Of a stretch of 64,000 nucleotides of DNA, positions 13,780 to 26,940 are shown in pieces. Position 1 is the stretch's first letter. Each line of letters opens with the position of its first letter. A program made the translations under genes and the position numbers. Source of the DNA: the human T2T-CHM13v2.0 reference genome, Homo sapiens; NCBI RefSeq assembly GCF_009914755.1, contig NC_060930.1; one strand, 5' to 3'. The notes beneath the pieces were generated by a model, which worked only from the letters and a program-made list of their open reading frames with translations, ran no database searches and was not told the origin of the DNA.

Positions 13780-14650
13780 AAACCTATGTCTCTCAAACAC
13801 GGTGAGATCAAACAGAAGAAAACAGAGAGTGATAACAAAGATTAGTTGGAAAATATAATTATCAAGCTGGATAATTATGTATAGAAATCTGCATTTAACA
13901 ATTATAAATTAAACTTCGCATATTCTCAAAAAGGAACATGCATTGGTTACGATATTAATTAATTAGCTATATTTTATATAGCTCTTAATACAGGCCAGAA
14001 CCTGTTCAGAAGTCTGTATATATATTAGGTCATTTAATTCTCACAAATAACCCATATTTCTACTATATTCATTTTACAGAATATATATCTAAAGAAGAGA
14101 TGATTGAAAGGTATGTAACTATTAAGTGAACATGATTACTATTAAATCTACCATTTTCACTCCAGAATCTGGGTAGTTAATGAATGCTATATGACCTCTC
14201 AAATAGTGACTCTCAACAAATAAATAAATACTTAATGAACTATCCAAAATGGTTTTTGAAAATATAATATAATCAAAGCACAATTATTAAAGAGGATAAA
14301 AAAAATTGAAATCACCATTTATTTGAAAAATCTAAAGATACCCATAAGTAATGTGTGCTTAAAAGAGAGATCATAGTGAAAATCAAAAATAATACTATTT
14401 GGAATTGAATGATAATAAAACTAAATATACATTTGTGAAATTGAAAAATATATATATTTGAGATAAATGTATACCCTTAAAACTTATGTTAGATAGTAAG
14501 AACATTGAAATTTAGTAAGTTAAAAGGCCATATTAAGAAGTTAGAAAATCATAAATAGACTAAATACACAGAAGGATGATTAGATGACAAAAAATTGGAG
14601 TCAAATATCAATGAAATAGAAAACCAATAAGCAATATAGAGGATAAAATT
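13780..14650 (+). mobile_element. Ancient L1M ORF2 (EN region) fragment interrupted by a MIR
   Basis: A-rich sense L1 EN-region motifs ('aaataatactatttggaattgaatgataataaaa', 'aatatcaatgaaatagaaaac'). Confidence 0.5.
13975..14200 (-). mobile_element. MIR SINE
   Basis: 'catttaattctcaca...cattttacaga' antisense MIR core. Confidence 0.55.
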
Positions 14651-14789
14651 TGTGTGTTTTTTTGCTGTATTTATAAAGAGGAGAGAAATATAACAACCTA
14701 CAATATTGGATTTGAATGACACCTATCCTCGAGTAGATGTCTCAAGAAGTGTTGATAGGTGTAGAATTTCAGCATTACTTATGCATTGA

Positions 14790-15500
14790 AAACTGTTTTA
14801 AATGGTTAAATAATGTATTTGGGAGAATGTAGCTGTATATAAAATCTTTAGAGCACATTTTCTTGAAGTTCTTTAGAAAATTATTCACTATTATTGTTTA
14901 CCCTGTAAATTGGTCTTGGAATGCTAGTATACAATTTTTTGCCATCCAGTCTTTTTTCCTGGAAGCTTTGAAGATTTTTGCCTTTGAAAAGTAACAGTTT
15001 TATTATTATAGTTCTCAGCATTGATTGTTCAGAGTTAATTTTCCAGAGTATCTGGTGAGCCCTTTCAATGTGTATATTCAGACTTTGTTGTATTTCTGAA
15101 GTGTTGTTTTGCACTATAGTTTTAAATATTAGTTCTGTTTCATTGTTTTGTTTTTTATCAAAGATTCCAAAATAGCGTGAATATTATTTTTCTATGCAGG
15201 TGTTCCATATTCATATTTATTTTTTGACTTTTTAAATCTCTTCCCTGTTTTATCTTGATTATTTTCCTGTTTCTTCAATGTTTCTTACTAAATTTTCATT
15301 TGAGTCTTGTCTCCCTTGAGCACAAACTAATTCACTTTTATTTAGCTGAGTTAAATTTGTCTTCTTCCATTTCTTTCCTAAGTTATCTTTTTTTCCTAAA
15401 ATTTCCATTCTGCTATTAAATCAATTTTTTCGTATACCTTATAGGTTTAAAATATTTATTTGATTTCTGTTATAATTATATTTGTTTTCTAAGATAATTT
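14790..15500 (-). mobile_element. HAL1 / L1 ORF1-like fragment
   Basis: Minus ORF 14881-15114 'SLNIHIERAHQI..KINSEQSMLRTIIIKLLLFK' resembles the ORF1p RRM region (ERAH...PRHII.KL). Confidence 0.55.
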
Positions 15501-15539
15501 TCTTTTCATTAATTATGAATGTATTTTACTTTGATCATC

Positions 15540-17520
15540 ATTTTAATATCTATATTAAAGTTCTTGCCTGTCAATTCTATCATATGGTTATTATCATGGC
15601 TGGCATCTGTTGATTGTCTTTTTCTTTGACAGTAGATGGCATTTTCCTGGATCTGCACATATTTAGTAATTTTAGATTATATCTGTAGATAATGAAAACT
15701 GAAAATTCTGTTATATTCCTCTGAAGTATTTATTTTTATTTGTCTTCTGTAGAAAATTAACTGATATGTGTTCAAACTGAAAACTCTAGTATGCTTATAG
15801 TGAGTGGCTAACATTGTTTGAATGTGCCTGTTAATTCTTAGTTCAAAGGCCATTAAATAACCAGGATACTCCTTAAAACCATATTTGTGCTCCTATTCTC
15901 TTTCTCCTTTTTGGTTCCTTTCTCCTTCTTTAATAGCTTAAAATGTTAAGCCTCCCCTGTCCAGAAACATACTGGGCTTTCTATTACATTTTTACATTTT
16001 TAGCTACCCCAAATCCTTGTCTTGGTTGTTGCTGTCAGTGGAAAATATAAGAAAAGAAGGAAAGAGAGAGAGAGGAAGGAAGGAAGGAAGGAAGGAAGGA
16101 AGGAAGGAAGGAAGGAAGGAAGAAAGGAAGGAATGTTACTGCATACCTGGTTGTTTCCTCTAAGTTTTAACTTCCTTTAAAATCTGCCTGCATTTTGTTA
16201 TTATATTATATATTTGTTTTAACTTGAGTTTACAGCTGGTATCAACAACATTTATTTATCAGTTTCATACTCTGTAATAACAGAAAAACGCCTCTATGGA
16301 CTTTTTTTAAGAAATTGTTTATTCTTTCTGTTCTGAGTGGATAAATCTACTAATTTGCCACTAAACTAACCAACCTATTTTATTTATTGCAATTTTCAGT
16401 TTGCTGTTATCCCTTCCAGTAACTTTTCCATTTCAGATATTTTATTTTAGTTCAACAATTTCTGTTTGGTTCCTTTTGGTAGTTTTTCTTTTTTTGCTGA
16501 GATTTCTCATCTGTTCACTTATTTGGACTATCATTTTCTTTAAGTCCTTAAATATTTTTACTTAGCTGCATTAAAGTTTTTTCCAGCTACTTAAAATGAA
16601 TACACCAATTTAAGTCGTTTTCTACTTTTTGTCCATATCTCTTGTTTATGAGATATATTTACCTACTTCTTTGCATGTCAAGTAGTTTCGGTTATGCAGT
16701 AGAGATTATATATGGTCTATTATAGATAATCTAGATTTCTTACCCTCTTCTGAAGTGTATTGATTTTTTGTTCCAATAGGTAATAAAGTAGTTTTGGTAC
16801 TCTTTTCCGTTTAGTTAAAAAATGTTTGGAAAAATTTAGTAAAAAAATCTAAGGAAAATCCCTTAGATTTTGGACATAGTCTTTACTCCAAAAATTGAGC
16901 CTCAGTGGAAAGCCTGAGGTGTTTACCAGCTGCCTATAACTTGACAAGTCTCAAACTCACATTTCAGTTACTCCTGCATTGGATACAGCTTAGATCTCTG
17001 CTCAGAAGTTTCAGAATTGCAGCTGACTCATGCTTTCCAGTAAGTCCTTACAAGTATCCCCAACATATACAAAATGCAAGACTCAGTCAAGGTTTGGGGT
17101 GTACATTGTATGTAGATTTTAGAGTTCCCAATCTGTGTCAGATTCTTTCCCAGGATTTTTCCATAAATCTCCAGCCACATTGACAATGTTTAAGCCCATG
17201 CTCTCCTTCACAAAGAAAGAAGGCTGTAGTTTTCTACTTGAGTTCTTGATATTTGTGCAATACTAAATGTGGCACTAAAAGTGCCCTCAGAAGAAAAGTC
17301 TGTGAAAAAGAGTATTGCTCAAAGTAGTTAATTTCTTACATGGGCCAAGTCCTTTCCATGTCTATCTCAATCTCCTTTTGGCCAGTCTCCAGTTTCTTTA
17401 GAAAGGTGATTGGTTTCTGTTGTGTTTTCTTTTTTGTTTCTGTATTTTCTCAAGCTTTTAAATTGTTATCTGTAGGATAGTTAATCTAATACAAGCTACT
17501 ATACCATTTCTGGAATAAGA
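15540..17520 (-). mobile_element. Old L1M 5'-region fragments
   Basis: Antisense L1M 5' motifs ('tctgtttggttcctttt...tttgctgagatttctcatctgttcactt', 'attgttatctgtagga...ttaatct...acaagctact'). Confidence 0.5.
16053..16132 (+). repeat. (GA)n/(GGAA)n purine microsatellite
   Basis: Tandem GGAA units following a GA run. Confidence 0.95.
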
Positions 17521-17869
17521 ACCCTTTCTATTTTATTTTGTATTTATTAACATACATCTGCAAAATAAGTAAACACAAACATTAGGAGCAAAGAAGTATG
17601 ATAATGTATTACAATAAAGCATATTAAAAATAATGGGACACATTAAAAAGTTGTCATTATAATTGTAGGTCCAAGAGAATTTGTCAATTGATTAGTTGTA
17701 CATTTGTTTGTCAGCTTGAGATTTTATTAATAGATACACCTTTCCCTTTATACAGATGCTTTTCTGAGTAAATGTTAACTAGAACAATTTCATAACTTGA
17801 TATTCTGTTGAAATATTCCTACTTCAATGTACCTTGAACTTCCTTTGCTTATAATTGGTTTCATGGACT

Positions 17870-18005
17870 TATAGGATCTTAAAATTAGAAGGAACTCTTC
17901 TTACCACTTACAGCCCAATCTCCCACCCAGTGCAAGGAATCTTCTCCTTAACAAACAATCATTCAAACTCAGATTGAATACTATCAATGATAGAGTGTTC
18001 ATTAT
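17870..18005 (-). mobile_element. Possible CR1/L3-type ancient fragment
   Basis: 'ttagaaggaact...cccaatctcccacccagtgcaaggaat...attgaatact..caatgatagag' resembles CR1/L3 3' remnants. Confidence 0.35.
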
Positions 18006-18922
18006 TCTGCTTTCTCTCAGACACAGATGCAAACACGATATTCTGTGAAAGACACACAGTGGAAAAGGACAGGTTCCTCCTTATCCAAATTTCTGCAGAG
18101 TTAGTTAGCTGTATTTGACAACTTAATTTCAATTCTTAGCTAACCAATGTTTTCATCTAAAGGGGCCATGACTCAGGCTAAACATGTTCCAAAACTTCTG
18201 AGAAGTCAAGCATGAGAACAAGGTTTGAGGTTTAAAAAAAAAAAAAGATCCAATTTTTAGTCTATTCTTAGTTAAATTTATGTCCAAAGCATACGGTGAG
18301 CTGAGTAGAAAGTTTTGTTTTCTAAGCCAACATTTTTTCTCCTCCAGTTACTTGGAGTAAATTAAGCCTGGTTTGCTACTTCTCAAAGCTTCTCTCTGCA
18401 AGGATATACTGGCTTTGCTTTAGGCTGAAATAGACAATGAGGCACAGGTTTACAAATGGCACTAAAGACTTTATGTTTCTACAGCTCACAAAATCAAATG
18501 CTTTCATTTAAAACCGAACACACTACCTTTCATGTTAGGATAATTTGCTACTATTTAAATCACCTAATGCAAGAGTAATTTATACACATTCATTCTGTTT
18601 TTTAAAAGTAGGCTTATATACACAAATTTAAACTTCACACACTGACTGTAGGTTTACATATATTATATGTATTTATAAACACTGACAAAAATGATTCAAT
18701 ATCAGTTTGTGGGCTTTAAAAATATACTTTAGTCATGCAAATTTTTGATGACTGTTCTGTCCAAAGGTTTGTGGTCATAAAGCACATAATACAATTGTAA
18801 GATGACTGGTTAGTAAGATTCAACTTTGCCGCAAATTTCACATGCCTATGGGATATACAACATTACATAATTGCAAATGCTATGATAAATGTGGTGGTTT
18901 ATGGCACGTATATTAAAGCGAA

Positions 18923-18935
18923 ATCTATCTATCTG

Positions 18936-18980
<45 letters not shown>

Positions 18981-18986
18981 ATCTAT
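18923..18986 (+). repeat. (ATCT)n tetranucleotide STR with one GTCT interruption
   Basis: Direct reading. Confidence 0.95.
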
Positions 18987-20478
18987 AATGTTATTTTAGG
19001 GTACCCCATAGACATGCAATTCAGAATCCATGTAGTTTAGGTATGTTCTTATTTATGTTCCTTTCTCTGTGAATTGAAACAGATCAAAGAACCATTGACA
19101 GTTCACAGGTTAAAACATCAAAGAAAGAGAAAGAAGTGTTGTTTAAGGCTCTTTGGATCTTCAGTCCTAAGTGCATGTCTTTAAGTAAAGCTGCCAAAGC
19201 TTACAGAGTTATTTATTTAGGGGATATATTGTAGCCTGATGAATGTTGGAAAAATAAAATATCTTATTACTTTTTAGAGGTGATTTTTTTGACAATGCAC
19301 AAAGGAAGTAGTCCTCCTCTGCTGTTTTAATAAAATAGAAGATTGTGAGATGATTAAATGGCTAAAGACAAACTCTCAGGATCTGATGTTATCAGAACCC
19401 AGTGAAAAATAGGGAGTTCATGAGCTTGGCAATTTGCTAAGAGAGTAAGCTGAAAGTATTATAAAAAGAGACCACATAGAACTGTAGTTTTATGTGATAT
19501 TTCAGACCTAACTGAGATATATGGAAGCTAAGAAGCTATTTTAATAGCAAAAAGAAGTGTGTTAAATTTTCTTTTCTGCCAGAGCCAAGTGTATGTTTGG
19601 TAAATGAGAGCCAGTTGCTACTTACGTAGGAGGAAGTTAAGTTTTGGGTAATGTCCATCTATACACTTAGGAGGTATAATACCAAGAGAAAATCATGAGG
19701 TATAAAATTATGATGAGGCAGACAACATTCATAAATATTGAGAAACAGATTCACAATAATTCATAAACAGAAAATGTAGAGCATGTAGAAGAAAGAAAAG
19801 TCTGCTTTATTGGAAGCTACAAAATAAATAATAATCTCTAATATTCCATAAACCTATACTTTCTAGAGAGGAAATATTGAAGAATAAATAAATGAGAGCT
19901 GGCTCTGGGAACAAGGTACTCTTTTAAATGGGTGAGCTTCCTGATTTACAGTTGAAATGGTGGCTGAATGCAGACTTGGAGAACTATCATACTCAGCATG
20001 TATGCTGGTTCCCCTAAAGTATGATCTTAGAATATTCTGAGAGTAAACAGATTTAGCAAATGCTCCAATCATAGCAAAGACACAGAGATACAGAGACAGA
20101 GACAGAGAAAAGTAAATGACAGGAAGTTGGGAAAGATCTTTGGCAGGAATCTGGATGACAGGGTGCCAGGGTAATTTTTCCATTGTTTTTTCAGACATTT
20201 TTTATCCTATATGAAATAAAAGAGTTATAAGAAACTGAACTTTTGTCTGTGAAAATTGTTTAAAGCAAAAGTTTCTGATTTTCAAAGTATATGTCATGAT
20301 CATAGAGAAACAACCTAGGGTTGATGATTGATTGTGTGAACCCCAAATATCTGAGACAGGCCTCTGTCAATTTACAAAGTTTATCTTGCCAAAGTTAAGG
20401 ACGCACCCATGACACAGCCTCAGGAGGCCCTGAAGACATGTGTCCAAGATAATTGGGTACCACTTGCTTTTATACATT

Positions 20479-20814
20479 TTAGGGATGCATGTGACATCAA
20501 ATAACAGGTATAAGATGTACATTGTTTTGGTCCAGTAAGGAGGGACAACTTGAAGTGGGGGCTTGCAGGTTAGAAGTAGATAAGAAACAAAAGATTGCAT
20601 TCTTTTGAGTCCTTGATCAGCCTTCCACTGAATATACAATTTAGTCTTAGGGATGCATGTGACATCAAATAACATGTGTAAGATGTACATTGTTTTAGTC
20701 CAGTAAGGAGGGACAACTTGAAGTGGGGACTTGCAGGTTAGAAGTAGATAAGGAACAAAAGGTTGCATTCTTTTGAGTCCTTGATCAGCCTTCCACTGAA
20801 TATACAATTTAGTC
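20479..20814. repeat. 168-bp direct tandem duplication inside the LTR
   Basis: Copies at 20479-20646 and 20647-20814. The minus ORF 20367-20807 shows the corresponding 56-aa period. Confidence 0.95.
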
Positions 20815-20837
20815 TTCCTCAGTGAATCTGCATTTTT

Positions 20838-21128
20838 TTTTTTTTTTGAGACAGTGTCTTACTCTGTCGCGCAGGCTGGAGTGCAGTGGCATGTTCTCGG
20901 CATACTACAAGCTCCACCTCCAGGGTGCAAGAGATTCTCCTGCTTCAGACTCCTGAGTAGCTGGGATTACAGGCACACACCACCACGTTTGGCTAATTTT
21001 TATATTTTTAGTAGAGACAGGGTTTCACCATGTTGGTCAGGCTGGTCTCGAACTTCTGACCTTGTGATCCAGTCGCCTTGGCCTCACAACATGCTGGGAA
21101 TACAGGCATGAGCCACTGTGCCCAGCCA
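20838..21128 (-). mobile_element. AluS (Sg/Sc-like)
   Basis: Full dimer with a poly(T) end; TSD TGAATCTGCATTTTT at 20823-20837 and 21129-21143. Confidence 0.95.
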
Positions 21129-21599
21129 TGAATCTGCATTTTTACATAAAAGACAGGGCAGAGGAAGCAATCAGATATGCATTTGTCTCAGGTGAGCCTC
21201 AGAGGGATGATTGAGTTCTGTCTGTATTTTGTCCACAAGGAATTTCTTGTGGGCAAATTGTGAAGGCGGTGTGTTGCTTCTTAGCTTCGTAGCTATGTTA
21301 TGAGAGGCAGGTGTGCCCTAAGCAGTTCCCAGCTTGACTTTCCCATTTGGCTTAGTGGTTTTGTGGTTTCAAGATTTATTCTCTTTTCACAATTGATAGA
21401 TGGGACAGAGAGAGGGAGGGAGCGGGGAGGGGGGGCAGAGAGAGAGAGAGAGATTCATCAATATCCAGTGTCTTAATTCAGAAAATTTAAAAATAAAAGG
21501 AGAAGGATAGGAACTGAGAGAAAAGCATCAAGGGAAACTGGAAAGCCCTAACTTTGAATAATATCAGGTAGAACAGGCAAAATATAGCTCTTACCTGCT

Positions 21600-21995
21600 T
21601 CTTCATTTTTATCTCTTCCTACTCTGTTCTTTAGACATACTTCATTTCAGTCCCTCAAAGGCAACAGTTTTTCATGCCTCAGATGCAACAATAAACCTCA
21701 TCTTACTGGATCACTTTTTACCTCCACTCTTTATAACTACTACCTTAGATTTCTTGCTCTGAGAAGCGACCTAAGGAGTCTAAGTAGACATTTTTACCCT
21801 ATGCTCCATCACTATCATGTTAGTTTTCATCACAGAAGTTACCATTATTCTTATATAATTATCTATGATTTAAATAATTTGCATTATTCACTAGAAAGCA
21901 AGCTCTAAGAAGGCAGGTGTTATGTTTCTTTGGTTCACCATTGCTGATGATGGAAGTACTATAGTACCTAATACATGGTAGGTTTTTATTGAGAA
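21600..21995 (+). mobile_element. L2 3' fragment
   Basis: 'ctagaaagcaagctctaagaaggcagg...tatgtttctttggttcacc...atagtacctaatacatggtagg' matches the L2 3' end. Confidence 0.6.
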
Positions 21996-23052
21996 AAGAA
22001 AGAAAAAACACTACTTGGTTTGCCAACTAATTTATGAGAAAAAAATGATATTTGCTCAAGTCTGTTTTCTAATCCAAAAAGCACAGTAATAATCTTCAGA
22101 ATTGAATGAGAATGATAAAATTTTATTGATATGTAATAATTGTACATATCTATGGGATACATTTGTTATACTGATACACGTGTACAAGGTGTGGTGATTA
22201 AATCAGAGTAATTGGCATATCCATCACCCCAAATATTTATTATTTATTTGTATTAGAGGCATTCCAAATAATTTTTTCAGCTATTTTGAAATATATAATA
22301 AATTATTGTTAACTATAGTGACCTTACAGTGCTAAAGAACATTAAAATGTAATCCTTCTATGTAACTGTATATTTGTGCCTATTGAACAACCTTTCTTCA
22401 TTTCTCCTAATCTCCCACCCTTTCTAACTTCTGATAACTACCAATTAAGTCTCTACTTCTAATAAATAAACTTTGTCTAACTCCCACATATAAGCGAGAA
22501 CATGCAATATTGTCTTTCTGTGCCTGGCTTATTTCATGTGACAGAATGTCCTCCAGTTCATATGTTTTTCTGCAAATGGCATGATGTCATTTTTTTTGTG
22601 GCTGAATATTATTCCATTGTGTATATGTGCCACATTTTCTTCATTGTTTTATCCACTGATGAACACAGGTTGATTCCTTATTTTGGCTACTATGAATAGT
22701 GTGGCAATTACATGGGAGTGCAGATAGCTCTTCTGTATATTGATTTCCTTTCTTTTGACTATAAACCCATCAGACAAATTGCTGAACTGTATGGTAAATC
22801 TATTTTTAGTATTTTAATGAAACCACATAGAGGTTTTCAAAGTGGTTATACTGATTTACATTCCCATACACAGCGTACTAGTGTTCCCCTTTCTCTGTAT
22901 CTTTGCCAACATTTGTTATTTTTTGATTTTTTGATAATAACTATCTAAGCTAAGGTGAGATGATATCACATTGTAGTTTTGATTTGCATTTACTGGATAA
23001 TTAGGAATGTTGAACATTTTTTTAATGTACCTGTCAGTGATTTGTATGTCTT

Positions 23053-25395
23053 TGTATTAGTCTGTTCTCACGCTGCTATAAAGAACTGCTTGAGACTGAG
23101 TAATTTAAAAAAGAAAAGGGTTTAATTTACTCACAGTTCTACATGGCTGGGGAGGCCTCAGGAAACAAATTCATGGTAGAAGGGGAAGCAAACATCTCCT
23201 TCTTCACATGGCAGCAGGAAGGAGAAGTGGCAAGCAAATGGGGACAAGCCCTTTATAAAATCATCAGATTTCGTGAGAATTCACTCACTATACTAGAACA
23301 ACATGAGAGTAACTGCCCCGATGATTCAATTACCTCCCTTTGGGTCACTCCTATGATACACAGGGATTATGAGAACTACAACTCAAGATGAGATTTGGGT
23401 GGACGCACAACCAAACCATATTATTCCACCCCAGCCCCTCCCAAATCTCTTGTCCTCATACTTCAAAACACAATCATGACCTTCCAACAGTCCCACATAG
23501 TCTTAACAGATTCCAGCATTAACCCAAAAGTCCATAACCAAAGTCTCATCTGAGACAAGGCAAGTCTGTTCCACTTATGACCCTGTAAAATCAAGAACAA
23601 TTTAGTTACTTCCTATATGGGGGTACAGGTATTGGGTAAATATACCCATTCGAAATGAGAGAAATTGGCCAAAACAAAGGGCCTACATATCCCATGCAAG
23701 TACAAAATCCAATAGGGCAGTCATTAAACCTTAGAGTTCCAAAATGATCTCATTTGACTTCATGCCTCACATGGGCACACTGATACAAGAGGTGAGCTCC
23801 CGGGGCCTTGGGCAGCTCCACCCTTGTGTCTTTGCAGGATGTAGCCACCTCCTAGCTGCTTTCACAGGTTGGTGTTTTGTGTCTGTAGCTTTTCCAGGTG
23901 CATGGTGCAAGCTGTAGAAGGATCTACTATTCTGGGGCCTGGAGAATGGTGGCCCTCTTCTCATAGCTCCACTAGGCATTGTCTCAGATGGGACACTGTG
24001 TGGGGGCTCCAACTCCACATTTCCCTTCTGCACTGCCCTAGCAGAGGTTCTCCATGAGGGCTCCACCCTTGCAGCAGACTGCAGCCTAGACATCCAGGCA
24101 ATTCCATACATTATCTGAAATCTAGGTGGAGATTCCCAAACCTCAATTCTTGACTTCTGCGCACCAGCAGGCTCAATACCACATAGAAGCTGCCATGGCT
24201 TGGGGCTTGCGCCCTCTGAAGCCATGACCTGAGCTGGCCCCTTATATCCACGGCTGGAGCTGAAGCAGCTGGGACACAGGGCAATATATCAGGAGTCAGG
24301 AAGCTGCATAGAGCGGGAGAGCCCTGGGCCAAGATCATAAAACCGTTTTTTTTCCATTTGGCCTCTGGGCCTGTGATGGGAGGGGCTTCCCTGAAGGCCT
24401 CTGACATGCCCTGAAGACATTTACCCCGCTGTCTTTGTAATTAATATTTGGATCCCCTTTACTTATGCAAATTTCTGCAACTGTCTTGAATTTCTCCCCA
24501 GAACATGGGTTTTTTTTTTTTTCCATCCCATCATCTGGCTGCAAATTTTTCAAACTTTTATGCTCTGCTTCCTCTTGAATGCTTTGCTGCTTAAAAATTT
24601 ACTCCACCAGATACCCTAAATCATCTCTCTCAATTTCAAAGTTCCAAAGATCTCTACAGATGGGGCAAAATGCTGCCACTCTATTGGATAGCAAGAGTGA
24701 CCTTTACTCTTGTTCCCAAGAAGTTCCTCATCTCTATCTGAAACCACCTCAACCTGGACTTCATTGTCCATATCACTATCAGCATTTTGGTTGACGCCAT
24801 TAAACGGGTCTCTAGGAAGTTCTAAATGTTTCCACATCTTCCTGTCTTTTGGGCATTCCAAGTCTCTAGGAGGTTTCAAACTTTCCCACATTTTTCTGTC
24901 TATTTCTGGGTCCTCCAAACTATTCCAAACTTCTGCCTTTTACTCAGTTCCAAAGTCACTTTCACATTTTTGGTATCCTTGTAGTGGTGCTACACTATCC
25001 AGTATCAATTTACTATATTTATCTATTCTCATGCTGCTATAAAGTACTGCCCAAGACTAGATAACTTATAAAGAAAAGAGGTTTAATTAAGGCACAGTTC
25101 TGCATGGCTGGGGATGCCTCAGTAAACTAACAAACATGGCGGAAGAGGAAACAAACATGTGGCAGGAAACCAAACCACATGGTGGCAGGAAGGAAAAGTG
25201 CTGAGCAAAGCAGGGAAAGCCTCTTGTAAAACCATCAGATCTCATGTGAACTCAGTTACTATCATGAGACCAGCATGATAGTAACTGCCCTAATGATTCA
25301 ATTACTTCTCACTGAGTTCCTCCCATGACATGTAGGGATGATGGGAGCCACAATTCAAGATGTGATTGGGGTGGGGACACAGCCAGACAATAACA
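23053..25395 (-). mobile_element. Full-length THE1 (THE1C/D-like) MaLR element: LTR 23053-23423, internal 23424-25013, LTR 25014-25395
   Basis: Two THE1 LTRs flank a ~1.6-kb internal region. Perfect 5-bp TSD GTCTT (23048-23052, 25396-25400); host L1 sequence resumes across it. Confidence 0.92.
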
Positions 25396-26651
25396 GTCTT
25401 CTTTTGGAAAATGTTCATTGTTGAATTTTGCCAAATATTTAAAGAATATATCATACCAATTTTACTCAAACTATTACAAAAAACTGAAGAGGAAACGATA
25501 CCACCAAACTTACTTTATGAGGCTAGTATTACCAGGATACCAAATCTAGACAAGGACACACACACACACACATGCACGCACACAAACACACAGAAAACTA
25601 CAGTTCAATATTACTGACAAAGGTAAGCAATAAGCCTCAAAAAATATTAGCAAACCAGATTCAACAACACATTAAAAAGATCATTCATCATCACCAAGTG
25701 GGATTTATCAGAAGGATGAATCCACATACTCAAATCAATAAGCATGATACATAATTAAGGGAATCAACAAAAGCGGCATGATTATTTCAATAGATGCAAA
25801 GCATTCTATAAAAGTCAACATTTCTTCATGCTAAAAACTCTGAACAATTAGGTATAGGTAAAACACTTCGAAATAATAAAGATTATTTAAAACAAACAGA
25901 AGCTCACATTATACCAAATAAGAAAAAATAAATATCTTTTCTCATAATCTGGAATAAGACAAGGGTGCCTACTTTTACCACTTTTATTCAAAATAGTATT
26001 GGAATTCCTGGCCAGAGAAATCGGGAAAGAGAAAAAAGTAAAGGGAATCCACACTGGAAAGGAAAAAGTCAAATTATCCTTGTTTGCAGATGACATACTT
26101 CTATATTTAGAAAAGCTGAAAGACCATCAAAAAATTGTTAAAACAATCCAGTAAAGTTTCAGAATACAAAATCAACATACAAAAATCACTGGCATTTGTT
26201 TACACCAATAGCAAACAATCTGAAAAAAAAAATAAAGAAAGCGTATCTATTTACAATAGCCCCAAAAATACTTTGGAAATAAATTTAACCAAGGAAGTGA
26301 GATTTCTATAAGAAAAACTAAAAAACACTAGTGAAAGAAATTGAAGACGACACGAACAAATGTAAAGATATCCCATACTTATAGATTGGAATAATTAATA
26401 GTGTTAAAGTGATCATATTACCCAAAGTATCCTTTAGCTTTAGTGTAATCCCAATAAAAATCCCGATGACTCTTCACAGAAATAGAAAAAAATCCATAAT
26501 TTGCATGGAACCACAAAACACCACAAATAACCAAAGCAATCCTCAGCAAAAGAACAAAGGTGGAGGCATCATACTACCTCAATTCAAAATATACTATAAA
26601 GCTACAGTAATCCGAAGTAGCATGGTACCGGCATAAAAATAAATGCATACA

Positions 26652-26882
26652 TCTGAGGTCAGGAGTTTGAGACCAGCCCGGACAATATGATAAAACCCTG
26701 TCTCTACTAAACAAACAAACAAACAAACAAACAAAAATTAACCGGGCATGGTGGTGAGTGCCTGTCATCCCAGCTTCTCCGGAGGCTGAGGCTGGGGAAT
26801 CACTTGAACCCCGGAGGCAGAGGTTGCAGTGATCATACCATTGCACTCCAGCCTGGGCAACAAGAGTGAAACTCTGTCTCAA

Positions 26883-26921
<39 letters not shown>

Positions 26922-26940
26922 ACAAACAAACCAACCAACA
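26652..26940 (+). mobile_element. 5'-truncated AluS (Sq/Sp-like) with (CAAA)n linker and (AATA)n/(CAAA)n tail
   Basis: Starts at 'tctgaggtcaggagttt'; contains 'gggcaacaagagtgaaactc'; lacks the first ~55 nt. Confidence 0.9.

Larger units (their letters stand above)
20335..21391 (-). mobile_element. MER4A-like solo LTR (ERV1) with internal 168-bp tandem duplication and nested Alu
   Basis: Termini tgtgaaccccaaatatctgagacagg ... tttattctcttttcaca; 4-bp TSD ATTG at 20331-20334 and 21392-21395. Confidence 0.85.

Noticed and set aside
16844-16871. 11-bp inverted repeat AAAATCTAAGG-N6-CCTTAGATTTT as a terminator or ncRNA
   Set aside because: Isolated AT-rich stem inside an old L1; eukaryotic context with no supporting features.
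20367-20807. 146-aa ORF with an internal 56-aa repeat as a novel repeat protein
   Set aside because: Fully explained by the 168-bp DNA duplication inside a MER4A LTR; no start context or exon structure.
23767-24918. ORFs of 98-152 aa as genes
   Set aside because: Decayed THE1 internal-region frames; the same peptides recur at 63539-63980.
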